A stretch of DNA of 61,949 nucleotides, counting the filler, from Choristocarpus tenellus KU-1152 (Eukaryota; Protista; Phaeophyceae): the NCBI GenBank assembly GCA_964200185.2. It is 11 parts of 11 records of this genome, joined end to end, with 100 filler letters (N's around TTAATTAATTAA, not from the genome) between each part and the next. Parts side by side here need not be neighbours in the genome. Positions count along the whole stretch, not along the records: positions 23,607 to 28,420 come from CAXNAD020012956.1; positions 28,521 to 33,436 come from CAXNAD020012546.1; positions 33,537 to 44,910 come from CAXNAD020002360.1; 8 more parts are not named here. One strand, given 5' to 3'. A program made the translations under genes and the position numbers. Shown here one piece after another: positions 27,220-38,990 of the stretch. Position 1 is the first letter of the stretch. The number at the start of each line of letters is the position of its first letter. The notes beneath the pieces were generated by a model that searched no databases, was not told the origin of the DNA, and saw only the letters and a list, made by a program, of their open reading frames with translations.

Positions 27220-27858
27220 TACCTCCAATATAGTATACCATCGATAAGATTATAGATTTAAGAAAATATATTAGGATGTTTACGATAATTCACACATGTT
27301 TCATTACATGATACACGATACAGTGTTTTATAGTGTTTTTCACATTTATGATGTTTTATTTCCTTAGGGCTTATACTGATGTATAGTTTTGTTTCTCCCC
27401 CTTTACACATCTATCTGCAAAATGTCAGAGGGCATAATAATATATATACACAATATGAAGCATTAATTCACTTATGGTTACATTTAAAATCCTATGTAGT
27501 AGTAGAAAAAAATATTGAAGTCTTTTTGGTTGATGGTGGTAAAATATAGTACTCAATGCGAACAATCATTCGAAGGTCTTTAAGCAATCCTCTTTACGTG
27601 TACTATATTTTTTATGTTCTCAACCTAACATTGGCATCAAAGGTAGGTAAGGAGTTTTGACAAAACTATACACGATATCACAAGCTTACATATTTGCGGA
27701 GAGGGCGAAGAATAGAGGGTTCATACGTGGCTTCCATTGTTGCACTGCTACTATTTTGGTGGAAAAAAGGAAAAAGTGCGAGGATATTTTTAGGGGGAGT
27801 GTGGGTAGATGGAATTCGTGTCACGGATGGATAGGTTCATTCAGGCAGAGGGAGCACA

Positions 27859-28107
27859 GAGTTAAATCAACTGAGAGGTAGGCGGGATTGCATTTTAAGG
27901 ATCCCAATAAAGGATAAAATTGTGCCATTTTGTACGATTCCAGAAAGAGCATTTGTCCGAGTTGTGGTGTCATTTTGTGTGTAGAATAGGGTAATATCAA
28001 ATTTTGCGGATTCAATTGTCTATAAAAAGCAATATTGCACAGGTGCGAAAGATGGCTTAGAAATGCAAAAGGGTCTAATCCTGCCTACCTCTCAATTGCT
28101 TTGGCTC
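27859..28107. mobile_element. MITE family C (249 bp, GAG...CTC termini)
   Basis: ~30-bp imperfect TIR GAGTTAAATCAACTGAGAGGTAGGCGGGATT / AATCCTGCCTACCTCTCAATTGCTTTGGCTC. The last 10 bp are identical to family A copy 53281-53538. No intact TSD. Confidence 0.75.
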
Positions 28108-28521
28108 ATAATGCTTCCCCTTGATTAGCAACCTCGATGTATCAGACTATATTTGTTGTTGGAGTCAGATGAAGGGAGGGCAAAATAGCCTAGCTGAAGA
28201 TTTCGAGCCTGCGCCATGTCTTTTCCAACTTGGGGCAGTCCAGATTCGGCATCCTCATGAGGTGGAAAGGAGATCCATCACAGACTTATATCCCCCTCAT
28301 GTAGAGGAGGACTTCGGTGAACAAAAACCTATTAACATTTCAGAAAAGATATTTTTCAAGGATTGTGGGAGGTACTGGGAAAGGGTGGGGCAAGAGAACT
28401 GGGTCAAAGTATCTGGGGGGNNNNNNNNNNNNNNNNNNNNNNNNNNNNNNNNNNNNNNNNNNNNTTAATTAATTAANNNNNNNNNNNNNNNNNNNNNNNN
28501 NNNNNNNNNNNNNNNNNNNNC

Positions 28522-29734
28522 GCAGATAGTGTAAGTTCTCATCAACAGGACAGGACAGCTGCTGAACAGGTCCGGTTGAGTCGCGCTGAACGCAAGCAGC
28601 TCATGTTCGCCCAGCATGAGATCCCCGTTGAGCAAGTGCAGTTCTTCCCACAAGAGGAGCTGGGAAGGGGGGGATTTGGGGTGGTGTGTACTGTGGACTA
28701 CCTGGGGCAAACGGCAGCAGCAAAGATTTTGGATCTGGGAGACCTTCCAATACACAGCAAGGACAGAGAGCGCCTACGAAAGACTTTCACCCGTGAGTTG
28801 CAAGCCTTGCTGACCTTGCGCAGTCCATATATTGTTCAAGTGTATGGCGCGATGACCTCACAGCCAGATAGGATGGTTCTTGTCATGGAGTTCGTCAGTG
28901 GTGGTGATCTGCGCAGCCTCCTGGCGGATGACAAGTTCACTATCGGGCTTACGTACGAAGCTGGTTTTGGCATTGTGTCAGATGTTGCTGCTGGGATAGC
29001 GTTTCTTCACTTCAAGAACGTGACGCATGGAGACATAAAGTCACCTAATGTTCTTCTTACTGCCGATGATCTGAGGGCTAAGGCAAGTGGGTTCATCGTA
29101 TTCTTCGCTGGTTAATTCTCCAGAGGCTGACACTTTGCAAGTTGCACACTATGTAACCAGTTCGGTTCAGAGCATTTCAAGCAGTAGTATGAGAACCTTC
29201 GCAAGATGATCACTGATCCCAAATACATTTATTTGCAGTATATTCTGGAGTAGTTCCGCCTGCCACAGATTCTTGCCAATGTCCTTAAGCCACTCCCGTA
29301 TAAGATCAACCTCGATAACCCTCGAACCTACTTCGCCCTTGCCGTTGTGTTGCGTGTAGATTAGTGACTTCGGCACTGCCAGGGTGGCGGACGAAATCAC
29401 CTCCCTGACAGGTGGCGGTTCATCCCCATTCACCTTTCGCTGGTGTGCACCTGAGGTTCTAGACGACGAGGAGCCAAGCCATGCAAGTGACATGTTCAGC
29501 TTTGCGGTTGTGGCATGGGAAGTTGTAACACGGAAGCTGCCCTGGGAGAATATCAAGCGCAAGTCCCATGTATTGTCAAGGGTACTCAAGGGGAAGCGAC
29601 CAATAATACCACATGATACACCAACATTGCTGCGAAATATAATTGAGACTTGCTGGGCTAGTAAACCAGAGGACAGACTGAGCGCAAGCCAAGTGACAAG
29701 TAGTCTTCAGGCAATGCAACTGGATGTGGTGTGA
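28522..29734 (+). CDS. TKL-group protein kinase, 5'-partial, non-RD
   Basis: Open from the contig start. LGRGGFGVV, AAAK, RELQ, LVMEF and HGDIKSPNVLL lie in exon 28522-29082. After GC-AG intron 29083-29359, exon 29360-29734 gives ISDFG, WCAPE, SDMFSFAVVAWE, CW..KPEDR and the stop. Confidence 0.92.
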
Positions 29735-29974
29735 CGGGACACAGTGCAATTGGAGGGAAGTAGGAACGAGGAGTGTATGTTAAATAAATGAGAAGTGAGT
29801 TCTAGTGCTGCACACTGACCTGTTGCACTGCAGTGGGGGGACTGCCAAGGAATTGATATGATTCAATCGTCCTACTGTATAGAAATATCCATGCCCTTTA
29901 CATCTAATTCTGCATCGTCTTATTTCTGACGGCATGCTGCTTTCTTTCGTTATAGTTTGTTTTTTGTGCTCTTT

Positions 29975-30233
29975 GAGTGAAAGTATCTTAGAGGGTACGA
30001 GGTTTTGCCCCGTTTGTCCATTTGGGCTTGACTTCCCATGGCGTATTTTTATGACATTTTCCTACTCCAAAATATTTTGGAGTAGGTAAAATATATACGT
30101 CATGAAGAGGTTTGTCCGGAACAAGGATATTGACACTTCCCAACAAACACGATAGCTGAAATTACATCAAACTCGCAACATTGGATTTGGCCCTCAAATG
30201 GATGAGGCCCTACCCTCTAAGGTACTTTGGCTC
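29975..30233 (+). mobile_element. MITE family A, full copy, TSD CTTT
   Basis: CTTT|GAGTGAAAGTATCTTAGAGGGTA...TACCCTCTAAGGTACTTTGGCTC|CTTT; 259 bp. Confidence 0.95.
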
Positions 30234-31600
30234 CTTTTCTAGATCGACCCTATCAACCGTAGTCCTCAGGCTAGTCAACAACTAGTGCGACATTCTTGAG
30301 TTTTGTTTGGATGTTCAGTTATTCAACAGCAAAAGAAAGTACTGTTAGTAATATGACAAGGGAGACTCTGGTGGGAGAGGAAATATCAAGCATTGCGAAA
30401 TTGTATAAAGCCGACACCAGCCAAAAATAGAAGGATTTAGAGGTTGTCCCATGTCCCATGGTTGTTGTGGACAGACAAAGACAGAAGGGGTGTAGATGCT
30501 CTCCCAGCAGTCGTTCATTTTTGTGGGTGAGTTGTATCCGCCAGTATCAGGTCTTTACTCGTGCTTCCAACTTGTATTCGAGCAACTGAAGGGGTATTTG
30601 AACCTTGGAGGTCTATTTTATGTTCAAATTGGACGTTATCGATGCTGGTGCTGTTGAATGTTTTGGAATTCGATAGGTGCACCTCCTGGTCGAATGTTTC
30701 CCCTTTCTTTTTGCTATGTTGGAGTGTCATGTGTTTTGTTTTCTTTCATATCTTCTCGATTCCTTCCCATTATTTCCATGGTTTGTGTTACTTTAGACTA
30801 TGCGGTTGAGCAGATCCTAACTATTTTAAATGTGTGATTATGCAGTACGATACAATTAATACAATACGATAATCCTATCTCCAACCACTTTGTTTCAACG
30901 CAGGAATAATTGAAGCACAGATCAAATACGAAAACTTTGACAAGAATGAGGAAAAGATTGCCTCAACACTCCCAAACACTTGGTCTCATTCAATCAATCA
31001 AATAGAACAGTATACCAAAGGTCTTCAATGGTTTTACCTATGTATCACTGTTTGTGGTGGTAAGAAAGTAATTTTTTTTCCCTCAAGATACTAGTCTTTC
31101 GTAGGAAATGATGGGTTGGATGATCATCGGCTCAGAGGCATTTTTCTTTGTGTTTGAGTTTATAGATGGCTGAAAGAGTGAGGTTGTACGAAAATCTGGT
31201 GGTTCCTGGGGCTTGTCAATGCCCTGGTTGTTTGATACTATGCAAAATAGAACTATAGTGAGGTGTAACTTATTTTGTGTATGAGAGATTATCAATTTGA
31301 TTGAGTCCATGTGATGTAACTAATGAGATAGTACATCCGGATTATGAATGGGGTTATGTATGGGTTGATTCTGCATTCAACTACTTTGATATAACCATTG
31401 ACCTATGTAGGAAGCACAAAATAATACTAAAACAAGCAAATAAGAAGACACCCACAAAGGTCACTCTTCTAATTTCATTCATCCATTCTTTTCATGTTCA
31501 GCGAAGGGGATTGTGTGAGGCTACGCGACTTCTTGTCTTCACTACTGGTAAATAGCGCTACCTTCCAAGGTAAATTGCACAGGTTATGAGCCTTAGTAGT

Positions 31601-32760
31601 ATGGAGACTGACCTGAAGAAACTTGCTGTCTGGACGGGGGCCACAGGAAGGTCATTGGAGACCTGGTCCACTTGGAGACTGTCATTGATAAGCCACGCTG
31701 GCGGAAAGGGTTTTTATGAGATTGCGTTGAGGGACTACGAGATTCCTGAAACACCCACCACCATCTCAGGAGAGGCAGTGCGAACGGCACATGCCACGTA
31801 TATGAAGAACAACAAATCGTTATTGTTCCTGTTTTTTCAAGCAACAAAGGGATCGGCATCAGCAACTGTTACGAGATGTGAAAACGAGGGTCAACCAGAC
31901 GGCAGGGGGGCCTGGATAGAACTAGAAAGAGTCTATGGTGGACGCACGGAGGACGAGATCCCCGTGCAGTTATCACTTTGGAGGTGACTCCAAGAACTAT
32001 GGTGCGCGGTGTCTCAGGACAGCACTGATTTTGTCGTTAAACTCGAACGACTATTTTCGGAATTTGAGGAGGTCAAGGAGCCTAAATCCGAAATCATGAA
32101 ACGGAGGAGCTCAAGCGGGCAATTATCACTTCGACAAATTACCTCCCCACTCAGGACAAGATGGGCATGATGGGGTATTAGCAATGCATGGCAATGTAAG
32201 GAACTGCCATGCTCGGAAGACCAGGGGATCAGCTGGGATCGACCCCAAACCAAACCAATGTGCATACTGCTTAAAGATGAACCATGAATGGCAGAGGTGT
32301 TACTCATGTTTGAATGGAATACCACCTGCAACACATCTGCATGGGATGACACCTATGAGAACATTTCCGCCACCTCCTCCTGGTGGGAGCAGCAACAGAG
32401 CTGATGGGAACCAAGCACGCTCCTTCTTCACCCTCAAGGTGACAGCAGACGAGAAGGTTAACAAAAGTGTTGTACTCAACTCCTCCAGTGGAAGACAAGT
32501 CGAGATATTGTGTGACTCCGGAGCAAACGTACATCTTACACCTGATTGTGAAGATATCATAAGCACTTGGGCTACTAAACAGACATGCACCTTCAGTAAC
32601 AATGGGAAATTGGAAGCGAAGAAAACCTGGGATATGTTTCTAATGGTGACGGACAAGAACGGCAAACCAACAAGAGTGGTTTTGAAGGATGTTCTATGGG
32701 TGTCAGGTCTACCATGCCGCACATTGAGTACTGGAAGTATACGACGCAATGGAAGTATAC
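31601..32760 (+). pseudogene. Copia gag-protease remnant
   Basis: ORFs 31586..31987 and 32184..32795 with stop/frameshift; CX2CX4HX4C and DSGA motifs. Confidence 0.88.
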
Positions 32761-32954
32761 GAGGTATACCTTATTTTGTGTATGAGAGATTATAATTTTG
32801 GTTGAGTCCATGTGATGTAACTAATGAGATAGTACACCCGGATTATGAATGGGGTTATGTATGTGTTTGATTCCGCATTCAACTACGTTGACATAACCAT
32901 TGACCTATGTAGAAGACACTCCACAAAGTTCACTCTTCTAATTTCATCCATCCC

Positions 32955-33198
32955 GTGTGAAAGTATCTTGGAGGGTACGAGTTTTGCCCTGTTTGTCCAT
33001 TTGGGGCTTGGCTTCCGATGGTTCTTGTATGATTTTCTATTCCAAAATGTTTCGGATTAGGGAAAGTGTGTACGTTATGAAAAGGTGTGTCCGGAACAAG
33101 GATATTGACACTTCCTAACAAACACGATATCCAAATTACATCAAATTTGCAACATTGGATTTTGACCCTCAAATAGACGTGGCTCTACCCTCTAAGAT
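32955..33198 (+). mobile_element. MITE family A copy nested in the copia 3' LTR
   Basis: GTGTGAAAGTATCTTGGAGGGTA...TACCCTCTAAGAT (right end clipped). The 5' LTR has the empty site (~31471-31495). Confidence 0.93.
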
Positions 33199-33685
33199 TC
33201 ATTCTTTTCACGTTCAGTAAAGGGGATCGTGTGAGGCTACACACCTTCTTGTCTTCACTACTGATAAATAGCATTATCTTCCAAGGTAAATTGCGCAGAT
33301 ACAGATCAACAAATGTGCTCTTTGTGCATGATTTATTAGGAGTTACTGTAAAACGCAATGAGTGGTTGAAGGGTCAAAGTATCTGGGGGGGGGGAGGTGG
33401 TTTGTGAGGGGGCGTCCGTTTCGGTCAAACAACTCTNNNNNNNNNNNNNNNNNNNNNNNNNNNNNNNNNNNNNNNNNNNNTTAATTAATTAANNNNNNNN
33501 NNNNNNNNNNNNNNNNNNNNNNNNNNNNNNNNNNNNCCCCCTTTTTTTCCGCTTGCTTTCTCGCCCCCCCCCCTCCCTTTCTCTTTTTCTCCCCCCCCCC
33601 CCCCCCCCCCCCATGCATTCTCTGTTTTTTTAATGTGGAATCTGTTGTTCCATTTTGATCTGATCAACTCTTTGATTGGGCTCAG

Positions 33686-35775
33686 GGGACCAGTAATGGA
33701 GTCGGTGGCCAAGTCCGTAGACGGTCCTATCAAGCTCCTGTTTGTGATTGCATGGGCAGACTCCAGTGCAGATCCACCAGTAGCTGTAAAGCAAAGCATG
33801 CTGGGGCTTGGCGATATTGTAATCCCTGGTGAGGAAAGGAAGGCGTACAGTATTTGGATAGGTATTGAGGTATTGACCTCGTCTAATTTCCAGCGGATAA
33901 TATTGCTGTTTTCCTACAAACACTGTTTATTGATGATATCTAGTGTATGTATCTCCTTTGTGTTTGCTGTTAATCACTAGATAAAGATCATGGTTCACGC
34001 TACTTCTTTTGGTTTGACATGTAAGAGTGGGAACGCGACTTACTCTACTTCACTTCAGAGCAGAAATTGATGAGTTGATAGAATGTTTAAGTTCGACTGA
34101 TACTGACCCCTCCATCCTGTGCAACACGTATGCCACCCATGCAATATTTATCGTGATCTCAAGGTCTATTCTGTGGACTGTTGTTGCGTTTTGATGCTGA
34201 GATGGCCAAAGTCGACTCGAGCCTTGCCGAGAATGGCCGTTTTAAGAAGGTCAGAGGTGTGGGTGCTTGTTGTGGACTTTACTATGGCATTAGGAGGACT
34301 GCTGTGATTCTTGTCTTTTCCTCCGTTCTTTTTATTCAGAGGAAATGGTCCAGTCCAGTAGTGTAACGTATTCTTATTTATATTTTTTGTCCCACCCACC
34401 TCCCCTCCCCCTTTTTTTTAACTGAAACGACTCTTGAAGACTTGAGATGTGGAGGATGTCAAGTATTTGATAGAGCACTGTTCCACATCGGCGGAATAAC
34501 AAGTTGTGCAAGAAGCAACCTTTTGTCTACCCTAGTGTACTATTGATACGAAAATATTTGTTGAAGTCAGAGACTTGACCACAGAAGGCATTGTTACTCC
34601 TGTTGCTGTTCCCCATTTGGCACGTATTGTCTCATTGCAAAGAGCTTCATTTTTTTTTAGTCCATGGTTGCTCGTGTATAAAAGGCGTTACTATTGGTTG
34701 AGTGAGTTGACTGACCATGGCCCCCACCAGCTAGCTCAGCATATGTTATTTGTGCTTTGAACAGTGGCAACTCTTAATGATCAATGTGGTGGCACGACCT
34801 GGCTTCATTGTATCGTTACAGCATACTGCAGCAATGCTAGTTTCTCTTCCCCCCCCCCTCCCGCCTGCCTGCCTGCCTGTGTGATTTTGCTGATGCAACC
34901 AGCCCTACTTCCATGCAGCCCTTTTGGCGTACATGGTTGGCCTGGGCGCAACTGTGTTTGTGATGACATACTTCAAGGCTGCACAGCCTGCCCTGTTCTA
35001 CCTTGTACCTGCATGTATTGGCATAACGCTTATCGTTGCTTTGTTCCGGAAAGGTGGGTCTCTCCTTTCCGCGTGAATAACCCCCTTTGATGGATTGAAG
35101 ACACTGCTGAAAGGGGACGGTACAGGCCCTGTCATCAATTTTATTTCTAAGCAACAGGTTCAACCCTAAAAAATAGATGTATGTATGTATGTATGTATAT
35201 ATATATGTAGTTTTTTTTTACAATTTTTAATGAAACCAAAACAGCGTCTAGCGCTACTGAAGTGCTGAGATCGAAGTCGCTTAGGGGCATGCAATTTTTT
35301 TTGTGATTTGTACAGAGGTACACGTCCTCTACCTTTTTGGCTCTGGAGCATCCACGTGGCATTCTTCTGTACAGTGCGTGCATGTGTGTTCTTGTTCGAT
35401 TTTATTATTTTTTGAGACAAAATAATAATAAAGTGATTATTTATGAATGTCGTTGATGAGAGAGTGCTGAAAAGATTGAAATAAAATGTGTTTTTTTTAA
35501 CGACTTCAAGGTGACTTACGCTCAGAAAACAGGGATGTGTATGTATGTATATCGATGGGGTCTCCCATTCTCACCCCCCTGATAACCTCCCAAAATTGTT
35601 GCCCTTGTTTGTTTCTTTTCAATCAGAGATGAACAAGCTGCTTGAGTATAGTGAAGAGGAAGAGGTGAAGAAGGAAAACAATCCAGCAGCAGAAGAACCT
35701 GAGGGCAAAGTAACAGTTACTACAGAGACGACCCCTGCGTCTGCAACTGCTGCAGCAAACAAGAAAGTTGATTGA
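33686..35775 (+). CDS. SPP: Signal peptide peptidase (GxGD aspartyl protease, family A22B), last four exons
   Basis: Exons ~33686-33828 (PIKLLF...SMLGLGDIVIPG), 34164-34249 (LFCGLLLRFD), 34903-35053 (PYFHA...AAQPALFYLVP) and 35627-35775 ending KKVD* (KKxx ER-retrieval signal). Phases are compatible; the 5' part is off the contig. Confidence 0.93.
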
Positions 35776-37719
35776 TTAATGTTGATTTGTTGATTGGGTA
35801 ACCATGCTGATTGATGCTGAGCGGGGGTGGATGTGTGATCAATCGTGTAAGAGTGAAGTGGTTGTTGGAATCCATGGGTAATCTGGATTGTTGGTGCTGT
35901 AGGCCAGCATCTGCAGGAGTGAGAGAACTTTGGGAGGGGGGGGGGGTGGGGGGGGGAAGAGTCGAAGTGAATTATTTTTGTGTAGTTTTGAAAAGGCTGT
36001 TTTGGTATCGTGTGTGGAGGCGTGCTTTGGTTGTGTGCTCTATGTGGCGAGTACAGCGTGTGCTCTACAGCTCTACTCAAGTAGATAGTGTGTTGTCTGA
36101 CTTGTGTAGATAGTTCAGAATGGTGTTGTTGTTGCTTCCAAGGCGTTTTTATTTGTGTAGGACTTGTGTATTGCGAGTGTGTTGTGTCTGTACGGGGGGG
36201 GGGGGCCTTTGGGTTTCGTGTGAAATGCACTGGTGTCCAATGATAGAATGGAGAAAGAACGAAAATCTGAAAGCGATTGATGTTGTGCATTTGGAGAGAG
36301 AGAGTGGTGTTGCGTTTGAGTTTGCACTACTTTTTTTCAAGAAAAGTAGAATGGTTCGAAATAGGCTATTTTATTGCGCGGACAAATCCTTTGAGCAGAT
36401 GTTCCGATTATTGTTCACTTACTGTATAAACGTTCCTAGTGAATGTCCAGATCATTCTGTGGGGCCCCGATGGAAATGAGGATGTTTTAAATCTCTTATC
36501 TTTGGTAATGGTTTGGTCAAAAAAGAAGGGAAGAGTTCGTTCAAAATTTTGAACCGAGGTAGGAATTGTAAGTTAATAATACAACAGAGTTGAACTTCCA
36601 GCAGTTCAAGACGCACAACTGTCCTTTGTTCGTTTTTGACAACCATGGTTGAGGAAGTAATTTTGTCACCATTTCCCAGTTTGTTGTATGGTGTTGGAGA
36701 GGTACTCGTGTATATGATAATAATGTTCTTGAATAGGGGACAATTTTGTTCAGCAGAAAGATCATATTGACTCGACTTGAGGCATGTTCCTTCTACATCC
36801 TATCCTTTCCAAGAGTCCATCTCTTACTTCTGGTTTTTTTTTATGCATGCACTCTCATCCTTTTTGTATTCATTATGGTGCTACTTGTTTTCAATTTAGG
36901 TCGGCTGATTGGTGTGTACAACAATGCTTGGTGGTCCTACATCCCACATCGTAGGGGGGGAATCATTCCAGTCAAGAACAAAGAACAGATATAACTCACC
37001 TAGTAACTCCACCACTTGCCTGGAGGTGAAGTTGAATCGTTGTTTTCTTCGAGTGTAGCCATTTGATGATAATGAACACATTTAATGGAAAAGACGTGGA
37101 TATCCGAGGTTGTGTGTGGAACGATCGAATACAGAATGTATGTTGCGTCTTCTTTGGGAGGTGGACAAATGTTTTTGTGGTGTTCAATATCTAGAGGAGA
37201 TAGTTCCATCCCGACCCTCAGGAGATCTTGTGTATTGATTAACTTGTCATCCAGTAGCCACGACAAGCTGCTGTATTTTTACTCGTTCCAGGTCAGAAAA
37301 ATACGCACTTTAAAAAGGTGCACGTAGAAAGCAGGGCTGATTGTTATCACACCGTTAGTGGCGTATTCCATATACCGTCATATCGATTGATTGAGATTCC
37401 TTATCAGATGAGATTGAATCCATGAAATCTCGTCAAGAGACTGGTCCTACAGATAAAGGTCCTCTCTTCATTTAGAGTTGTCAAACATCAAAGATTATCT
37501 TTGTTCTCACGTCTTGACATTTCTGATGATTCCCCTCTCATGAAATTTTCATTACTGTAGAATTCTCTGCAGTTCTCTGCAGTCTTTGTACCTGTCCAAC
37601 CTTACTCTGGTCCGCTCGGTCACGGTTCGTCTTTGTCCGTCTCTCCATCTTGCCTGGTGATTGATTCTCTTCACCACCCTTACTTACCTGACTGAACTAC
37701 GCCGCTTTAGAATAATACG

Positions 37720-37900
37720 GACCCGAAGTATCTGTGGGGGGGGCGGGGGGTCTACACTAGGGTGTCTATTTAATCCCAAACCAGGAAAAGTGCATTTGCA
37801 TTACCCATCCAACGTATGCAACCAAATCACACAAAAATCGCGGCGTGAAAAATTTGCCCCCAAATTAACAGCCGTAATCCCCCCCAGATACTTTTGAGCC
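37720..37900. mobile_element. MITE family B, only two-ended copy (181 bp)
   Basis: GACCCGAAGTATCTGTGGGGG...CCCCCCAGATACTTTTGAGCC. No intact TSD. Confidence 0.75.
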
Positions 37901-38819
37901 TGGAAGGAATCAAAACAAATCCTGTTCAGAAGGCGAGTGATGTCGTGTTGAGGCCTCCTTGTGATCCTGGTGTCATGAGCTGCCAGAATGTGAAACTCCG
38001 GGGTAGGTGTGGGGGATGTTGTTCCCTCCCAGGTTACACAGTCTTGGCTAATGATTTCCGCCAGGTCTTCTGAGGGAACACCTGTAGTGAGGAGCTGTAG
38101 TTCTATATTAGTTCTTCATTGTATTAGTAGTATACATTTCATATATACAGAGTAAGTAGCAGAATATACATAATGTTGTTTACCCTCTCTCCTCCAAACA
38201 ATTCCACGATCACATACTAAGTTAGGTTCGATTAAAACAGATAATACTATAATATCCTTTCACGTTTCACCCCATCCAACTTAATCACCACCGGGGATCT
38301 CAACTCGCCCCACCCTCCCTACCAACTCATATCAGTACAACCACTGCACCTATCTCAGGTCGCAGTCCCTATATTTGACACATCAATGACGCAAACAGCT
38401 GTTACAGGCGTCCCTCAGAACTCACCTCCACAGGATATGCAACGCAAATCCAACGACCTTAAAACGACGCTACGAGGGGGATCCATAGAAGATAACTACG
38501 TACGGTGTCAGCTTGATGTTTAGCTCAGTCAATGTATCACTTTTCGCTTTATCAAAAGAGACACATCAAAAAGAACTGAGGGCGTGGTGATCCGCATCAG
38601 CCTTCTATTAGCATCATCCACCATTTTTCTACATTCAAAGAGTTGAATGAAGTCTGCAAACTGCTAAGTGGATACTTCAATCATAAATCTTTATTCTGCA
38701 ACTTTCAGGAATTGACGTCTATTCTGTAAGATTATGTTTGAATTTCACATCTTACTCTGCATCTCCTATCAAATCATCACTTATTCTGTAAGGCTATGTA
38801 TGTGTTACTAGTATCGTAT

Positions 38820-38990
38820 ATTGTTCGCACTTGTTGGAACGCGAGAAACAATCCTCACACTATACGTCTGTCACAAATGTTCGCGTTTGCTAAAACATGG
38901 GAAGAAATGCTCGCACTATTCACCGGTAACAAATGCTCGCACTTCATTGGAACACAAGAAGAAATGCTCGCGCTATTCGCCTGTAACACA
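38820..38990. repeat. Degenerate ~57-bp tandem repeat x3 built from AAATGYTCGC subunits
   Basis: GAAGAAATGCTCGCRCTATTCRCCKGTAAC occurs twice, 57 bp apart, alternating with AAATGYTCGC...GAAC units. Confidence 0.7.

Larger units (their letters stand above)
31259..33297 (+). mobile_element. Internally deleted Ty1/copia LTR retrotransposon
   Basis: Direct repeats at ~31259-31581 and ~32760-33297, both ending TTCCAAGGTAAATTGCRCA. PBS GGTTATGAGCC at 31582. Gag (DGRGAWIELERVYG), Zn-knuckle CAYCLKMNHEWQRC and protease LCDSGANVHLT present; integrase and RT deleted. The true 5' boundary may lie further upstream. Confidence 0.9.

Noticed and set aside
35619-36290. 223-aa minus-strand ORF and many other 60-170 aa ORFs in the track
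   Set aside because: Low-complexity or antisense shadows of real exons, UTRs and repeats, with no recognisable motifs.
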